DNA of 61,757 nucleotides, the filler included, from Choristocarpus tenellus KU-1152 (lineage: Eukaryota > Protista > Phaeophyceae): NCBI GenBank assembly GCA_964200185.2. It is 12 parts of 12 records of this genome, joined end to end, with 100 filler letters (N's around TTAATTAATTAA, not from the genome) between each part and the next. Parts side by side here need not be neighbours in the genome. Positions count along the whole stretch, not along the records: positions 23,816 to 27,898 come from CAXNAD020016312.1; positions 27,999 to 31,877 come from CAXNAD020017415.1; positions 31,978 to 36,457 come from CAXNAD020014365.1; positions 36,558 to 39,381 come from CAXNAD020024437.1; positions 39,482 to 44,790 come from CAXNAD020011196.1; 7 more parts are not named here. One strand, given 5' to 3'. The notes beneath the pieces were generated by a model, which worked only from the letters and a program-made list of their open reading frames with translations, had not been told where the DNA came from and did no database searches. Every line of letters starts with the position of its first letter. Positions within the stretch are counted from its first letter, which is position 1. This document shows, piece after piece, positions 25,610-39,816 of the stretch. A program made the position numbers and the translations under genes.

Positions 25610-27898
25610 ATGGTCAGCCATAGAGGGGGAATCTTGAATCTGTACTCCTTCGTCGCCATTTGGCTGGGTCTATCTCATGTAATAGTTGCGGCTTTCGCCC
25701 CGCACACATGCCCTACCTTGCGCTGTGGTGTTCGCGTTTGGAGGTATCATGTTCGCTCCTTGAAAGCTGACCAAACCCGACCACAACTTCCGATTGGGGA
25801 CGCGCCAGATGCATACCGCAACTCTGCACTGTCATTGAGAGCTGGATTATTGTCGACGCATTCTTTGATATCCTCATCTGCATCTGATATTGATTTAAAG
25901 CGGGAAATTGAACCCTTTCTACCGCCTGAACGCCGGCGATTGTCCTTCCCTGGCGATTCGTTGAGCAGAGGAGAGTGGTTCAAACTGATATGTGGGGCTT
26001 CCTTCGAGGTAATTTGAAGCGGTAGGATCTTGAGTTACTGATATTAGATGCTGGTCTAGCTTCCAATACTCCAAGCTACGGTTTTCTTCTTCGTAGAAGG
26101 TGCTACTAGCAACACTGCCTCTTGGACGGCCCTTATCTGAATCAAGACATTAGAAGCACCCAATGATTTCTATCCTTCCAATGCCCTTCCCCGTGCTACT
26201 TGATCCGGTTGTTACAGGATCTTCCAGCGGTACGAAACCTTGCAATCGTCTTCACCCTTGCTGGTGCTGACTGCATTGACGTTGCCGCAGAGGAGGCGGT
26301 GATCGAAGCCGTGAGGTATTACCTTCAGGTCCCATATCATGAAGCGGTTATCTTGACTTCATAGTGCCCTTGACGACGACGTATGCTCCCTCCTTATCTA
26401 AACAACTGACACGGTCCCATCCTGTAGCGAGGGGTACAATTTCCTCAATGATGACATACGAAGAATTGGAATGGTAGTTTTCTTGCTTGAACTGTGCCGA
26501 CGCCACACACCCTTACATGCAAAAGCCACACTTCCATGCATTATATCTTCTATTTACTGGTGTGAATGTACACAGCCAAGGGTTACCCTGAGTGGGGTTT
26601 CTTTACCATCATTCTCTATCCATGATTGTTGCCCACGTGCGATGAGGTACGCACACACAATCACGCTCACCGCACTTGTCACGCATGTTCTCCTTGCTGT
26701 AAATGTCATTGCTTCCTTCCCGAGTAAACTAAAGGGGAAGTGAGTAACCTTAAAGCTACCCATTTCACAACACATTTCCTAACCTGCCCAACAACACAAA
26801 CAACGACATCCCATACATACCTCAATTCACAAATAAGGGACGGCATCCATGCTGCAATGGTGCTGGCATCCAGCATGAGTGTGGCATTCCGTGAGCCCTG
26901 GCTGATGGTGAGTGTTAATGATGACGAGGAAGATCCACACTTTCGCAAGGCCCAGTTCAATCCAGCTTTGTGCCCTCCAGGTGAAGGTTTCTGAAGGCTT
27001 GATATGGGGAGTTGGTGTGCTTAAGCTGAAGGGTGAACAGCTTGAGGGCACCTGTTGTTTGTCGTGATTAAGGGCATAGGTTTGTCATACCTTTGTATTG
27101 ACACTCTCCAAGCTATAGCTGAGTAATGTCTGAAGTCATTGGTAAGGCACTCTTGAGTGGTATGTGACTCTTCAATTGCTTTTCCCTTCTCCCTCTGCTG
27201 TGTAGAGGTGGGCTAGAGTGTTTCTCTTGTTGATGTTGGGGGCGAAAAAACCACTCTCCCATCACCACAACAGTTTACTGTCATGCAATATAGGCCGCAG
27301 AGGTTACAGTTGGAACAAGGCACAACACACAGGTGTTCATGATGGTGGGCTGGAGGTTTTTGCTCCAGAGTTGAGGGTGAAGCTACGATGCACTGTGTTG
27401 GTGCTGATGTGTTGAATGGCACATATTCTGCTGCAACTGGGTAGTGTTGGGAGGGGAATACTTGAGCCTGCAAAGGTGGTGCAAACGTCATGCCTGTGAT
27501 TGTTGGAACAAGCCTCGAGATACAGATAAAACAAGATATATGTCATCTTTTTCGACAGAGTAAGATAGTGCAGAGGGGATTGATTACTACATATATTGTG
27601 TCATGTCTTTAACATAACAATGGTGGATTATTGCCAAATAGTTGACAAGGTTTGAATTTATCTAGAGAGCACTTCCCCTATGTTGCACATGAAGAAATTG
27701 CTGGGGGTGTACCTGATCAATATGTTCTCTCCAGAAGGCACAGCAGCAAGAAGTCATGCTCAATTGTCAACACGGGTATTGCTCCTGTTCCTGCATTCAT
27801 CTCACCTCACCACCCCTTTTCATGTGCCGCACCTTCATTAGATTGCCCCAGACCCTGTGAAAGTGTGTGCCCAGCCGATGCTGTGGTTTTTCCAGACT
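25610..27898 (+). CDS. ldpA: LdpA (light-dependent period) 4Fe-4S protein, plastid-targeted; exons 25610-26008, 26218-26315, 26838-26980, 27842->27898 (3' end cut by gap)
   Basis: WFKLICGASFE|DLPAVRNLAIVFTLAGADCIDVAA, PWLMVSVNDDEEDPHFRKAQF..CPP|DCPRPCESVCPADA; splice phases compatible; N-terminal hydrophobic signal followed by AAFAP. Confidence 0.92.
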
Positions 27899-28920
27899 NN
27901 NNNNNNNNNNNNNNNNNNNNNNNNNNNNNNNNNNNNNNNNNNTTAATTAATTAANNNNNNNNNNNNNNNNNNNNNNNNNNNNNNNNNNNNNNNNNNNNCA
28001 GTCAATTTTGGGTCAAGCTCATCCTCAATGAAAAGCTCCATCCTCAATTTTTGAAATCTGCTGTTCTTTCTGGAGATAGATCCTTTGAATGCGACCTTGC
28101 CTACCTCTCTCAGTCGTTATATCTCAAATACCCCCCTCAAAAGTCACCTCATGAGCGTCCCGTAACAACAGGTAGGTATGGATGGTAAAAGGGACATTAT
28201 ACTTGCAACGCGCTACGCGCGAGAGTGAGAGACCTGCACCAATTCTTACTACCTAACCTCTATTGCACTGGCTCTATTTGTTGAAACCAATCGAACTTGA
28301 CATTTAAATACTATGGAGTAACTGTTACATAATAATGCTGCGTATGATTCACAAGAATAGTCAAGTCCCATTGACTGAAACAAGGTGAAGCCGCACGATG
28401 TCTGACCCTAATGCAGCAGGACTGCGACGGAGTAGCAGGTTCCGGCACTTACGAAGACAAGAGGATGACTCGCAGGCTAAGCTGAGACCCAGGAAAAGGG
28501 GGGGCATTAAGGTGGGATGGACAGAGCAACCTGGTGTCGGGGCACTTGTAATGTGCCAAACTCGTCCAGCAAATTTTGCGACATTTGGAAATGGTGCCGG
28601 ACTTACGAGACACTCTTTTGGCTCATTTTGACGTCAACGGCAATATCTGGGTCCGAGATAGACCATTGTGCAACTTAAGCTTGAAAGGCACGACTTGCAT
28701 GCAGGTTACGATTACGACGCCGCGACCGTTGTTGCTTTGACGAGTTGATGACTATGATACTTAAGAGATGGCACATAATATGAGTTTGGAATGGCTAAGC
28801 AGACCTTCATATCAAGTAATCACTGTAAGAATCCATGAAAGTTGAAATCGGCAAAGAAATGCATGCGTAGCAGCAAACACAAGTGTTCATGGGTACCCTT
28901 CACACAATCAACTCCCTCAG

Positions 28921-31341
28921 GTGTTGCATATGTTCCTCGTTGTGGCGACATTCGGCTCTGCAGTGCTTACGGGATCCATTTGGGCGTTAAAAAATGCTGT
29001 CAACAGTCAGTGGGGACTTCGGATGGGGATGGACTCAGGAGCGCACTTTAACGAGTTGTACCATACGTATAACCCTTTCAAGATGACGGAGGTGAGGGGT
29101 GAGCATGTAAATTAGTGATAAGGCTAATTCCCAAGTGGAGATTCGATTCAACCCAACCCGCGCGGTTAGAGGAAAAACCTCTCAGAATGCGGTCCGCATG
29201 CAGAAACTAGGCTTCATCCAGTCGTTACTACATCGTACTTGGATGTACTAACCAAAGCACTGCGTAGTACTCCATACTCCATACTTTAAATCAAGTATTA
29301 CAGGTCACAGAAAAGGCTATGAGCCTTGATTTTCCCTTGCAATCGCTGTTGACTGGTGTGGTCTATGTTGTGATTGACAGCAATGAACAAAATTTGTGTT
29401 GGGCGCATGTTGCATCCCATATATAATTGGGTAGTTTCAGAAATTATGATGCCTGACCCACACCTATCTCGTAGGATATCGCAGCAGAGAATACACACTT
29501 CTCACTAACTTCCCCCTTCTTAAAGTTGTTCAGTCAGTGCAATGTCATGGGAAAGTCTGGCATTCTCAGGTTCTGCTTGCCAGGATCAAAGATGGGTGGT
29601 TTTTCCAATGCCCACCTCTAGGTGTCCACAAGATGTAAGGTCTAACATTGAACAGAAAAAAAAAAATGCGGCAAAAGTATGAGAAATTCTGTCATAAAGC
29701 CATACATACACCTCTTGATTATTGTATGTTGCATTCCCACGAACATATTGATATTCTCAAGTTTCTCTACCTAGAATTGCAAATATCCTACTCTGAGATA
29801 TTCTCCATTATACGAAGAACAAACAATTGCGGTACTGAAAACTGAGAGAATATATATATTTTCATTTCAGCTTGTAATTAACAGCACCAAAAACCTCTAA
29901 GAACCATCACAAGCCCCATGCAGATACCTTTTCTGTACGGTCTGAAGAGTCCAATCTAATGCATTGCTTCCTACTTCAGAATACTACAGTAGTAGTAGTG
30001 GGAACCATCCCACTCTTCCACAAGTGGTGAGCTCAAGTACTGGAGTAGTAGAGGGAAGATATCATGATACTCTGTCGGTGGTATGGCCATGTTTGAACTT
30101 GATTCAAACCCTTCCACCACACAGTAGTAAGCGTACACTTTTGAACCGTACATACGGAAATCATATCCCATATGTATACAACACAGGAGCATTTCTAATG
30201 TACATACCATTCTCGAAAATGGTTAATGCACTACTTAGCATTCAAATACATTCTTGTTCCAAGAAACGATGTATTTGTGAACTTGGTATGTGTGAAGTAG
30301 GTACTGATTTGAATCGAGGTCAAAGCAGAAGAATTATTTCAGATGTATGGATTTGTTGGAATGTTTTGGGCATAGATATTGTTATTCCCTCAAGTCAGCA
30401 AGTGCAAAATAGCTCATGGAATATTTTCCGCATTGGCCTTGATACCTTATGGGCACAATATATATTTTTTCTTTGTCTTAACTAATCAAAAGCACCTTGA
30501 TGAGGTCCAACATGCTCCGCTCTGCTGGTACTCAAGATTGCAGCAGTAGCAGTGAAAACAGAAGAGAGCATAAGGAGTACTTTGAAGCATACCTATATAT
30601 ATAGCTCTGCAACATGACCAATAATGCACTCGAGCTGTGGAGCTCTACGAGCCAAAGTATCTTAGAGGGTACGGCCGCGTCCATTTGGGGGTCAAAATCC
30701 AATGTTGTGATTTTGATGTAATTTTGGCTATTGTATTTGTTAGGAAGTGTCAATATCCTTGCTCTGGACACAGCTTTTCATAATATATACATTTTACCTA
30801 CTCCGAAACATTTTGGAGTGGGAAAATGTCGTAAAAAATCCCATGGGAAGTCAAGCTCCAAATGGACAAACTGGGCAAAACTCGTACCCTCTAAGATACT
30901 TTCACTCCTACATGTGATTCGATCCCATCTCCCTTTCAAGCTAGGGTTAGGTGCAGGATGTACTGATCGTTGTACATCCCGTGAAGAGAGCGATTCCAAA
31001 TTGTTCAGAAGTACACATCAACTCGCTATGAGGAGGATACCTGGTATTCCACTTGTTGCATATGGCCTCAGCAAGCAACAAATACAGTGATCCTACCCAG
31101 CTCTTTGTGAGCAATGCAAGCAATGGGTTGCAGGAACCTCATTTGTGCATAGCAACAGCATCCGGCACATCCCACCCATCCTAATGTGTCCATTACTATA
31201 AGCCCTTCAAGTATGTTCGGCCCTCACAAAACGTCTCCCCTCCCTGCTCCTCTCCCCCAGGTCGAAAATTTCGTGCGCAATGTGGAATGGAAGTGTGCAG
31301 AGATGTTCAGAAAGCTGGAGGGCATGCACAAAGCAAGAGAG
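28921..31341 (+). CDS. Probable exons (28921-29091, 31261-31341) of an uncharacterised membrane-anchored protein
   Basis: CAG/GT-bounded, phase 0; join gives FNELYHTYNPFKMTE|VENFVRNVEWKCAEMFRKLE, similar to the stramenopile FY..YNPxK..V..I....E..MF..L module. Confidence 0.4.
30649..30907 (+). mobile_element. MITE family B
   Basis: Intact TIRs; 4-bp TSD CTAC/CTAC. Confidence 0.9.
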
Positions 31342-31725
31342 GTGATTTTGCCGAAAGTCACTAGTGTACAGTGCTGCTGTGACGTTTTTTTAAATGGGGC
31401 CCTCATAAGTTAAACTGCCGAGAATGTTGCGGCTGGATTAGAACCTGTATTGAAAATGTTCTACAATATAGAGGGGTCGCCCCTATTTTCAAATACGGAA
31501 AATAATAAAAAGTAAAGTGTGTTTGCTTCGGTTCTTATTTTGTAGAGAGCTGGACCGAGCAGGCGTACTGCCACAGACAGCATGATGAAACAGTTGCAGT
31601 GTGTGGTGGGTGGGTGCAAACCCTACCCCTTGTGATTAGCTGGTTTCTGAGGAGACGGATTACAGTCTCTCTTCTTTTTTTTAATAAGTATTTTACCCTC
31701 TTCTGTGTTTTGTGTTGGAATGTGA

Positions 31726-31877
31726 GGGGGTTGGCGGCTGTCCTTTTGGGGTCCACTTTTCCATGTCCCGACTTTTGGATGAATTTGGTTGCATGCATCG
31801 GATGGATGATATAAGTGCATTTTTCCTGGTCAGGGCCCAAATGGACACACTGGTGTAGACCCACTCCCCCCCCCCCC
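31726..31877 (-). mobile_element. MITE family A, partial, ending in poly-C at contig end
   Basis: Family A internal sequence GGCGGCTGTCC...CCAAATGGACAC.CTGGTGTAGACC. Confidence 0.8.
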
Positions 31878-32109
31878 NNNNNNNNNNNNNNNNNNNNNNN
31901 NNNNNNNNNNNNNNNNNNNNNTTAATTAATTAANNNNNNNNNNNNNNNNNNNNNNNNNNNNNNNNNNNNNNNNNNNNCTTCGAGAGGAAGGAAGGGGCAG
32001 AGGGCAATAACGAATATTTGACAAGTGTTAGAAAGGCAGGCAATCAGTTAACTAGGGTGAGATCATGAGAAATGTAAGTGACTGAGTATCCATGGCATGT
32101 TATCATGCT

Positions 32110-33895
32110 ACCGTGGGGATGGCAGAAAGCTCTTCCTGGGGACTGAAATACCACACATACTCCATGGTTGCAATGCCAAGGTCAATCCGATATTATCCCG
32201 CCATGGTACTTTTTCCCTTCATCTTGTTCCTGCACCACATCACCGTGTGTTCAAAAAGATCTCTTCTGTACCTTCATCATGAGTGCAAGTCGTTTGTGCA
32301 GAGCAATATCCTCAGGATACCTCTTGTTCTTGACCATCAATCCAGGCAAAGTACATCTGCACAGTGTACAATACGTTTAGAGTACAGAATTCAAGGCCTC
32401 AGTGACATCAATGACACAATATGAATCACAGAAAGAAATAACTGACTGTTGTTATTTCTACAACATGCAATTTGGCTCATTAAGTGCTGCTCAGGCAGTT
32501 ATACCACCACATATTTAGTGAATAACAGAGTAGTGTAGAAATAGGAGAAATTTTCTTCTTGGGCAATATTTTGAAGTGTATTGCACTCAAATAACCTTGC
32601 GCTCATGCCTCGCTCTGGGGATATAGATCTCAGTATAACATCCCTAGTAGTTCTCACAGGCATTCTCGTGAGTTTATATTACTCTGGTACTGTGATTTGC
32701 ACAAAAGATTGCAACTATATGTACCCAACGTACCAGTGATACCCCTGCTTTGCTTCCCATCACACCATTGTTATAGAAGGCAGGAAGATGGATATTCTAC
32801 GTATGATAAGTACCAACTTATGTTTTAAATAAATGTGTGCAATGGCTGGTGGGAGACAGGAAATATATGTTCCTCTCACTGGAAGGCGATGATTTGGGCT
32901 GCAGAATCCATCTTGAATAATATAAGTCGCATCATTCGTGGAATCAAGTTGAGACGGGTCATTGACTCAGTCATTGCCGGTGTAAGAACCCCAAGAAGGA
33001 GGTCTAATCGGAACACTTTGTAGTCAAGAGTTCCCTTGATCATGCTTGGAAGGCCGTCATTCACCACTGCCTCCAAGTGTCGCTGCATCCACCTGCAACC
33101 CAAGCATCGTAAGTAATGGAATGGAAGAGGGGTTGAGAAGAGATGAGATGGAAAGAGTGAAATGAAGGGGTAGAGTGGAGGTAACCAATCACTGGCAATG
33201 GGGCTTTATTGAAACCTTCTTTCCAAGGTTCCTATTCAACTTATCATTTCACCCGTGACTTGTCAACATTTTTCTTTGTCTCTACAGCACTGCAAGAAGT
33301 ACTTGCCAACAAGAAGTACTTCCATGCATTTAGCTGTATTCTCTACTCGAGATTCTCCCAAAATGTGGAATGTTTATGTCTAATTTCAACACCAGTTGAG
33401 TTTTACCTTCCCAATATATGAAGAATTGAACAATGGGAGTTGCAGATTTAACCAGAGTTGACTATGGAACAGTGGAAATCATCTCCAAGCCTACAAACTG
33501 TTGAGGACACTGAATTATCATGCTAAGATGGATGGGAAACATTGAGAAGGGATTGCACACCTGTGTGCTGTGGGGTACGTATTGATGAGCTTCAAGAGCA
33601 TTCCTGCAGAGAGTGCCTGTCTTCGCTTGGCATCAGAGGTGTAGCATTCTTGAAGCAATGTTTGGCAGCTAACTTCCAACTGTTCCAATGTCCAGTTTGA
33701 CGCATCAAAATCCTCCACAGCATTCTTGATGTTGACATCATTCATAAGGTCTATCCCATCTCTCACTTTAGCAGGTGCATCATTTTCATAGGATCCACCC
33801 CATTCAGTTTCATCTTCTCTTGAGGAACTTTTGGTCATGTCTTCACCGTAGTCAGATCCTATACTGGAGTCAACCGCATCTGTATCACTGTCCAT
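32110..33895 (-). pseudogene. Multi-exon gene or pseudogene of unknown function (helical-repeat-like)
   Basis: Protein-like exon segments MDSDTD...LLKLINTYPTAHR and WMQRHLEAVV...AQIIAFQ; downstream segment has in-frame stops. Confidence 0.3.
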
Positions 33896-34699
33896 CTCTA
33901 GTTAGATTTATTGACAGCACACATTAATTCGATACGTGATACACTTATGCTCAAGACATTTTGCAAATGTTATCAAGAAGAAAGAAGCAGCATGCAACGT
34001 GCTCAGGCCACATGTCAAAAAGATGGTACAAGAATGAGAGCAGAAAGAATGTGCTGGAGTATCTAGCAAAAAGAACAAACACATAAATGAAATAAAGGAA
34101 TTCACACAGATGTAACCAAAAATGTATGTACAACCCCAAAGAACGGAAAATCTCCAAGTATCCTGGTCTCAAAGCTTGTGCCATCGTGTGAATCCAATTT
34201 TTTGCGAAGGCATTATGAGGATTGCATAATTCAGCTTGTGACAGGACATGCCCAATAATATAATCATTTAAACTAGTACCAATGTAGGTGGAGAAAAAGC
34301 AGTGAATTCAGTCATATTAAATTGATTTGGATTTTGAACAGAACAATGGGGCTGAGTGCACCTGTCTCAGTTGTCTATTTTCTCGCCTCTTGTGCCAACC
34401 TCTAACGTTGCACTCACCAGTGGGCGCTGCATCGTTCAAAACGGTGCCCCCTGATAACCCCGGCAACAGTCGCATAGTTTGTATTCCCATGATGGCGACA
34501 TGATCTGCAACCGGATTCACATCACCCGCAAGGCTTTGTTCCTCAATCCCCATAGCTCTCATCTTCACGGCATAATCGACCACAGCTCGCCCTTGAAGTG
34601 CGACCCGATCCGCAGTATCCCCTAGAGCTATTTCCCATGGATGTGGAAGAGGGTCCTATGTATTTTGAGCAACGTAGTGGAAGAAAATGTTATGTTGAG

Positions 34700-36020
34700 C
34701 CTGAGACAAATGCTGCCTGTGAATCCGCAATCCCCCCTTCACAAAACTCAAGCTTTGGATGCTTATTCAACACATGGAATATCCCACCGTTGAAGGCAGT
34801 CGAAGTGATTGGCAACACATGATACGAATCTGATTATCTAAATTATTTACCAATTCTACGCACCTGGGTTCCCCCCACCAACCCTTCTTTTCGTAGCTTC
34901 CCATTCCGACCTTTGGCAAGTGCCACTTGATCCGACAGGGACGCTTCCTTCATGATGGTAACCTTGGGAGAGTTATCCGAGAGTAACTTACCATCACAAA
35001 TTCAAAGGGATTGAGGCTTATAACGGCGTGCCTCAGAGGTTGGCTAGGGTCACGATTATACCTAGTACGTACCCTTGGTAGTTTGATGTTGTACAAAGGA
35101 CCATGACAAACCCTTGATATTCACAAGAGAAGATCAGAGAACCGCAATCAATCACCCATACATGAAGGCAGGGTATTCGCCCAGGTCTCTAAAATACTGT
35201 TTCACCCGAAACGTGACCTACATCGACAGTTTCAAACAAAGAGCAACCCTCACGATCTCTTCGGACCACCAAATGGCTTCGGACATGCAAGGACCAAGTC
35301 ATCATCGAGGTAAAAAAAAATTCAGAGGGGGGCAATGTACTCTCTGAGTGTGAAAGAGAGACGAGATGCCGATGAGAACCGTGGAGGCTCTCGGGAACAG
35401 CTTTGGGCAAACCTGAATGACAAGAACAAAAAGGATCGAATGCTTCGTAGAATATACGAGAGAACTAGGTACAGTCCTACATTGGCTACCAACGAACACG
35501 TGAGCAGTGGATAGAAACCATTTAACTTGTTCGAATCTTGTCATGTATTTGCCAAACTCCCCCCCTCCTTCCACTCTACCACCGAAGCAACGAGCTTGCG
35601 AATTCTTGCAAAGCTAGACGTGAGGAATGGGTAGCCTCGGTTGCCATTGACTCGACTCACTGGACAAAAGATGAACCAGAGCTTTCAGTGCATCAGCACA
35701 CATTTAGGGATCGCCAAGCAGCGGAGGAACTCGGACCAGCCAATGGCCATTTTTCAGGAAGAAAATATATTCCTAGGTGGGTGGGTGAGTTCGATGTGAA
35801 AACGAGGACGTCATGATATGTGGGGAGACACAAGGTCATTGCGGGAAAGAGTATTTTCAAACGTTTATGGAGAGCAACCATTGCTGTACTCCTCGGTGTA
35901 TCTCCGAGCATCGTATTTACTCTCCAGCACACAGCAGTACTTCAAAACTTAGGTGATTTGCCGCCTGATGAGAGCAGCAATGACAAGGGTTGCCTAGAAA
36001 CGCATGCAAAGGTGTAAAAT
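34700..36020 (-). mobile_element. Highly degraded non-LTR reverse transcriptase remnant
   Basis: Ordered weak motifs in shifting frames: RSTAMVALHKRL (RPIA-like), SILFVLVIQ, FYLDDDLVLAC (YxDD). Confidence 0.35.
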
Positions 36021-36431
36021 ATATTTGACAGGATATGAACAACGATTTCAATACTGGTACTTCCTTTTTGAAGTTTCGTGAGGGAGAGGTCTAAACCCTC
36101 GTTTCAATCGATGGCAACAAGTTGCAAGTAGTGCGGGATACATCAGTGATCAGAAAAAAATTAGCTTGTCCATCGCTTAGGTCTCCTTGTGGTATCAGAA
36201 TCTCCCCTGATTGGTCAAGATCTGCACTGTCTCCATGTACCACACAACCCAAAAGGGCAGTGTATGTGGGAGGAGGTGATCTTCACAAGGAAAGAACGAA
36301 TGAGTTAATGAGAACCTTAGCAATTCCTAGCAGGATGAGGGGCAATGATCCAGGGGCACTCCATAATCCATGCACACACACAGTGATGGTCAGCGACACG
36401 GTGAGGGAAAGTGTGTGCTCATAAATGTTGA

Positions 36432-36714
36432 GACCCAAAGTATCTGGGAGGGGGGGGNNNNNNNNNNNNNNNNNNNNNNNNNNNNNNNNNNNNNNNNNNN
36501 NTTAATTAATTAANNNNNNNNNNNNNNNNNNNNNNNNNNNNNNNNNNNNNNNNNNNNGGGGTGGTCTACACCAGGGTGTCCATTTGTTCCAAAATCAGGA
36601 AAAGTGCGCTTATATTATCCATCCAAAGTATGCAACCAAATCACCCCAAGATCTTGAAACGAAAAAATTGACCACAAATGGACAGTCACCACCCTCCCCC
36701 AGATACTTTGAGCC
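36432..36714 (+). mobile_element. Two MITE family A halves on either side of a linker (36432-36457; 36558-36714)
   Basis: Left TIR plus poly-G; body ending AGATACTTTGAGCC, followed by the family B hairpin TACTCCGAAACATTTCGGAGTAGG. Confidence 0.85.
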
Positions 36715-36831
36715 TTTACTTACTCCGAAACATTTCGGAGTAGGTAATATATGTGTTGAAACCTGATTTCGTATGGGTTGTGTATTGTTGTGATGTGTCT
36801 GGTTTGTGACGAAGGAGGTCATAGCGAAACA

Positions 36832-37768
36832 TGTTAGAACACAACTCTCGAGGGATCAAATCTCGCCATGGTTACATATCTGTCAAAAGACTAGACACAC
36901 TATCAGGAATCATAAACGAAGCTAGCACTCAGCACCTCGAAGTCTTCAGTGACAAAGACGACCTCATCTCCAGCACTGAACATCCCTCCGTAGCTGGAGT
37001 GGTGTCTGGCGTTCCATTGAATCGTGTCCTTGCGGTGGACAGTGAACGGCAAGGACTCTATACCATTGTACTCCGATGGCTGCGTCCGCACAATGCATAT
37101 GTTCCCCTCGGTGAGCTATCTCTTCTTCCTCGACAGCTGACCTCTCAGATACATATCACCCATTCCCGCTTCCGTGGAAAATCCGAGGTCTATCTCCTTA
37201 TGTTGGGGCGTGTGGGTTAATTGCCACCTGCATGGGGCCAGGTTGCCGATGGAACAGTTCGTGCAGTAGCACGAGAGTTCTGAGTATATCAATGTACGGG
37301 AGTCTCCGTTGGTGAGCCGATCAGTGAAGAACCTGTGCATGTAATTGATTCCACTGAGGTTTGGGACACGTGGGTCGTGTCGTCCCGCTCGGTTGATCTT
37401 GTAAGACGGAAGGTGGACTATCTCCTGAGTGCGGAACGTGTCGATGTATAGAAGTTTCGTATACGTGTTACTGTGCTGTCTACCGTCCCTGTCCGTCTAA
37501 TCCTAAGGGTTGTGGCGACTGTGCGTATAAGGGGAGGGGTGGTATGTGCTGGAGTCAGTGTCGGGACTGAGGCAGTGTGCTGTGACCGATTTGATGTGAT
37601 GGCATTTTGTTTGGAGTGATATGTGCTACCTATTGCTGTAACGAGTGTTTGGTAATGATGGATGGTGGTAACTGCCCGCCGAAGTCGGTCACTGATTAGA
37701 GGGCTACCAAGTAGACAGTCAGCTGACTACGTCCTCGGTAGACACAGGGGTTTCCTAGTGTTCTAACA
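36832..37768. mobile_element. Solo LTR (937 bp)
   Basis: TG...CA ends with a perfect 11-bp inverted repeat TGTTAGAACAC/GTGTTCTAACA; 5-bp TSD AAACA/CAACA (one mismatch); no internal coding. Confidence 0.75.
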
Positions 37769-38559
37769 CAACAAAGTACTGATAAATTTGTTCTGGTAGG
37801 TCTGATGACATGTAGTATTCAGTCAGGCAGTGTTCGATGTGAAGGTATGTTTGGTTGTGCTGTGATTAACACAGTTAGAGGCAAGTGTGTGTGTCATAGT
37901 GCAACAAGACACCTGCGGTTTCGGTTTGATGTGTCTGAAGGGATGTCTTACTCAATCAAACTTTGGTGGAGTGAGATGGGTACTGTTGTGTCTGTGGTAT
38001 ATTTTACTCAACCAGATGGTGATTGATAGAAACTGTGAGGTCATTCATCAAGACATTCAAATGAAGAAATTCATCCTTTGTGAAGAGGGTTGTCACCTTG
38101 GCAGAGAAAGGTTTCGAAGGATGGTTTTAACTCTGTTTATACTGCATCCCGGTGTGTGTCTTATACCTGTTGCAGAGTGATGGGACGTCTTACTGAGGGG
38201 CTGTCAGTGAAGTAAAAAATAACAACCAACACATGCTATGCAACTGACAACTTGCGTCATGGAGATGAAGAAAAAAAAACAAAGAAACAAAAGCCAAGGT
38301 TGGATCCATATATCTAACGTAACTCCTGTCATACATCTTCTGCGTGAGTTGTCATGATGAGCTAATGAGCTAATGATGTAATGATGTAAAATGGGAATAG
38401 CGACCATTGCAATGGACAAATCAACGTTCAGTATGGGCTGACGATGCTGTATCGTATCAAAGCAAATCGAATGAGTAGCCCATGTTTTAACACCCTCCTT
38501 GCACTGAAAGAAGTGGAACACTACTGAAGGAGTCGCACAGTAGCCCTAACCCGTCGATA

Positions 38560-39350
38560 CTTCTTTCGGTCCTCACTCAGCAAAGACACACAGGGTTATG
38601 TTCTATCCTATGGCTGTCGCAGGCGAAAGAGGACAAGGGGAGCGCACAAGTGGCAATTCTTTGGAACCGCGGGATGTACTTGAGATGGATCTACAAGATG
38701 TGGGACACATCTCAGCAAAAGGCAACGGGTATCTATTAATTGGTGATTAGTAGAGCTTCGAGGTTCCCTTTTACATTCCCAATGGCATCGAAGGAAGCAA
38801 CTGGAGTAGCAATAAACGTATTCGAATTATGTCTTACATTTGGGATCCCTCTGTCAATCCGTAGTGATGCAGGAGGGGAGTTCACAGGAGATATAATGAA
38901 CCACCTTTGTCGTTGGCTGAAGGACCCTATCAATTATGGACCCACTAGCAACTCGAGAGGACAAGGGGGAGTAGAAAAGATGGGAGGATTACTTTTAGAA
39001 GTCCTGTCGGAACTATGTGTGAAGTGGTCAGATAATTGGGACGAGTATGCATGTCTGGCATGTTGGGCACAACGAACTACTCCAGATCCATCTGACCCCC
39101 TCAATCCCACTCCCTTCTGAGTCTTGTTTGGCCGTGATCCTCGCACACAGGTAGATGTCCTCATACCCAAGTTGGATGAAGATGTAGAGGTTGGAGGATT
39201 AGATTCCTTTATTGACCAACGCAGACAGAACTTCAGGGAGGTACGGGAAGTCCTGGAGAGACAGATGTCTGCAAAACAGAAATACAGAGAGAGAGAGCCA
39301 ACGCTTTGATTGCCAGGTCTTTCCCAGGACTAGGATCCAAACCAGGTGAC
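38560..39350 (+). mobile_element. Ty3/Gypsy integrase remnant
   Basis: VLEMDLQDVG...YLL.VISRASRFPF...FGIPLSIRSDAGGEF...RGQGGVEK...W...TPF*VLFGRDPR; D-D-E core; frameshift and stop. Confidence 0.9.
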
Positions 39351-39515
39351 CTAGACCCAAAGTATCTGAGATCGGAAAGCGNNNNNNNNNNNNNNNNNNN
39401 NNNNNNNNNNNNNNNNNNNNNNNNNTTAATTAATTAANNNNNNNNNNNNNNNNNNNNNNNNNNNNNNNNNNNNNNNNNNNNGCAGGTATGGATGAGTGGT
39501 CTGCACCAACACGAT

Positions 39516-39816
39516 GGTGGGGGGGGGGGGGGGGGGGGATCTGCACCAGGTTGTCCATTTGGGTCAAAACCAGGAAAAGCACACTTACATTACACATCCG
39601 ACATATGCAACCAAATCACCCAAAAATCCCAAGATGAAAAAAATGACCCCAAATGGACATCCACCACCCCCTTCAGCCCTCCCAGATACTCTGAGTCTCC
39701 GGAACAAGGACATTGACACGTGCTAACAAACACGATAGCCAAAATTAATCAAAATCGCAACATTGGATCTATGAGCCCGAACGGACGCAGCCCTACCCTC
39801 TCAAGTACTTTGACTC
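39516..39816 (+). mobile_element. MITE family A (39516-39697) directly abutting the remaining part of a reverse-oriented family B copy (39698-39816)
   Basis: A right TIR AGATACTCTGAGTC is followed by B sequence ending TACCCTCTCAAGTACTTTGACTC. Confidence 0.8.
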
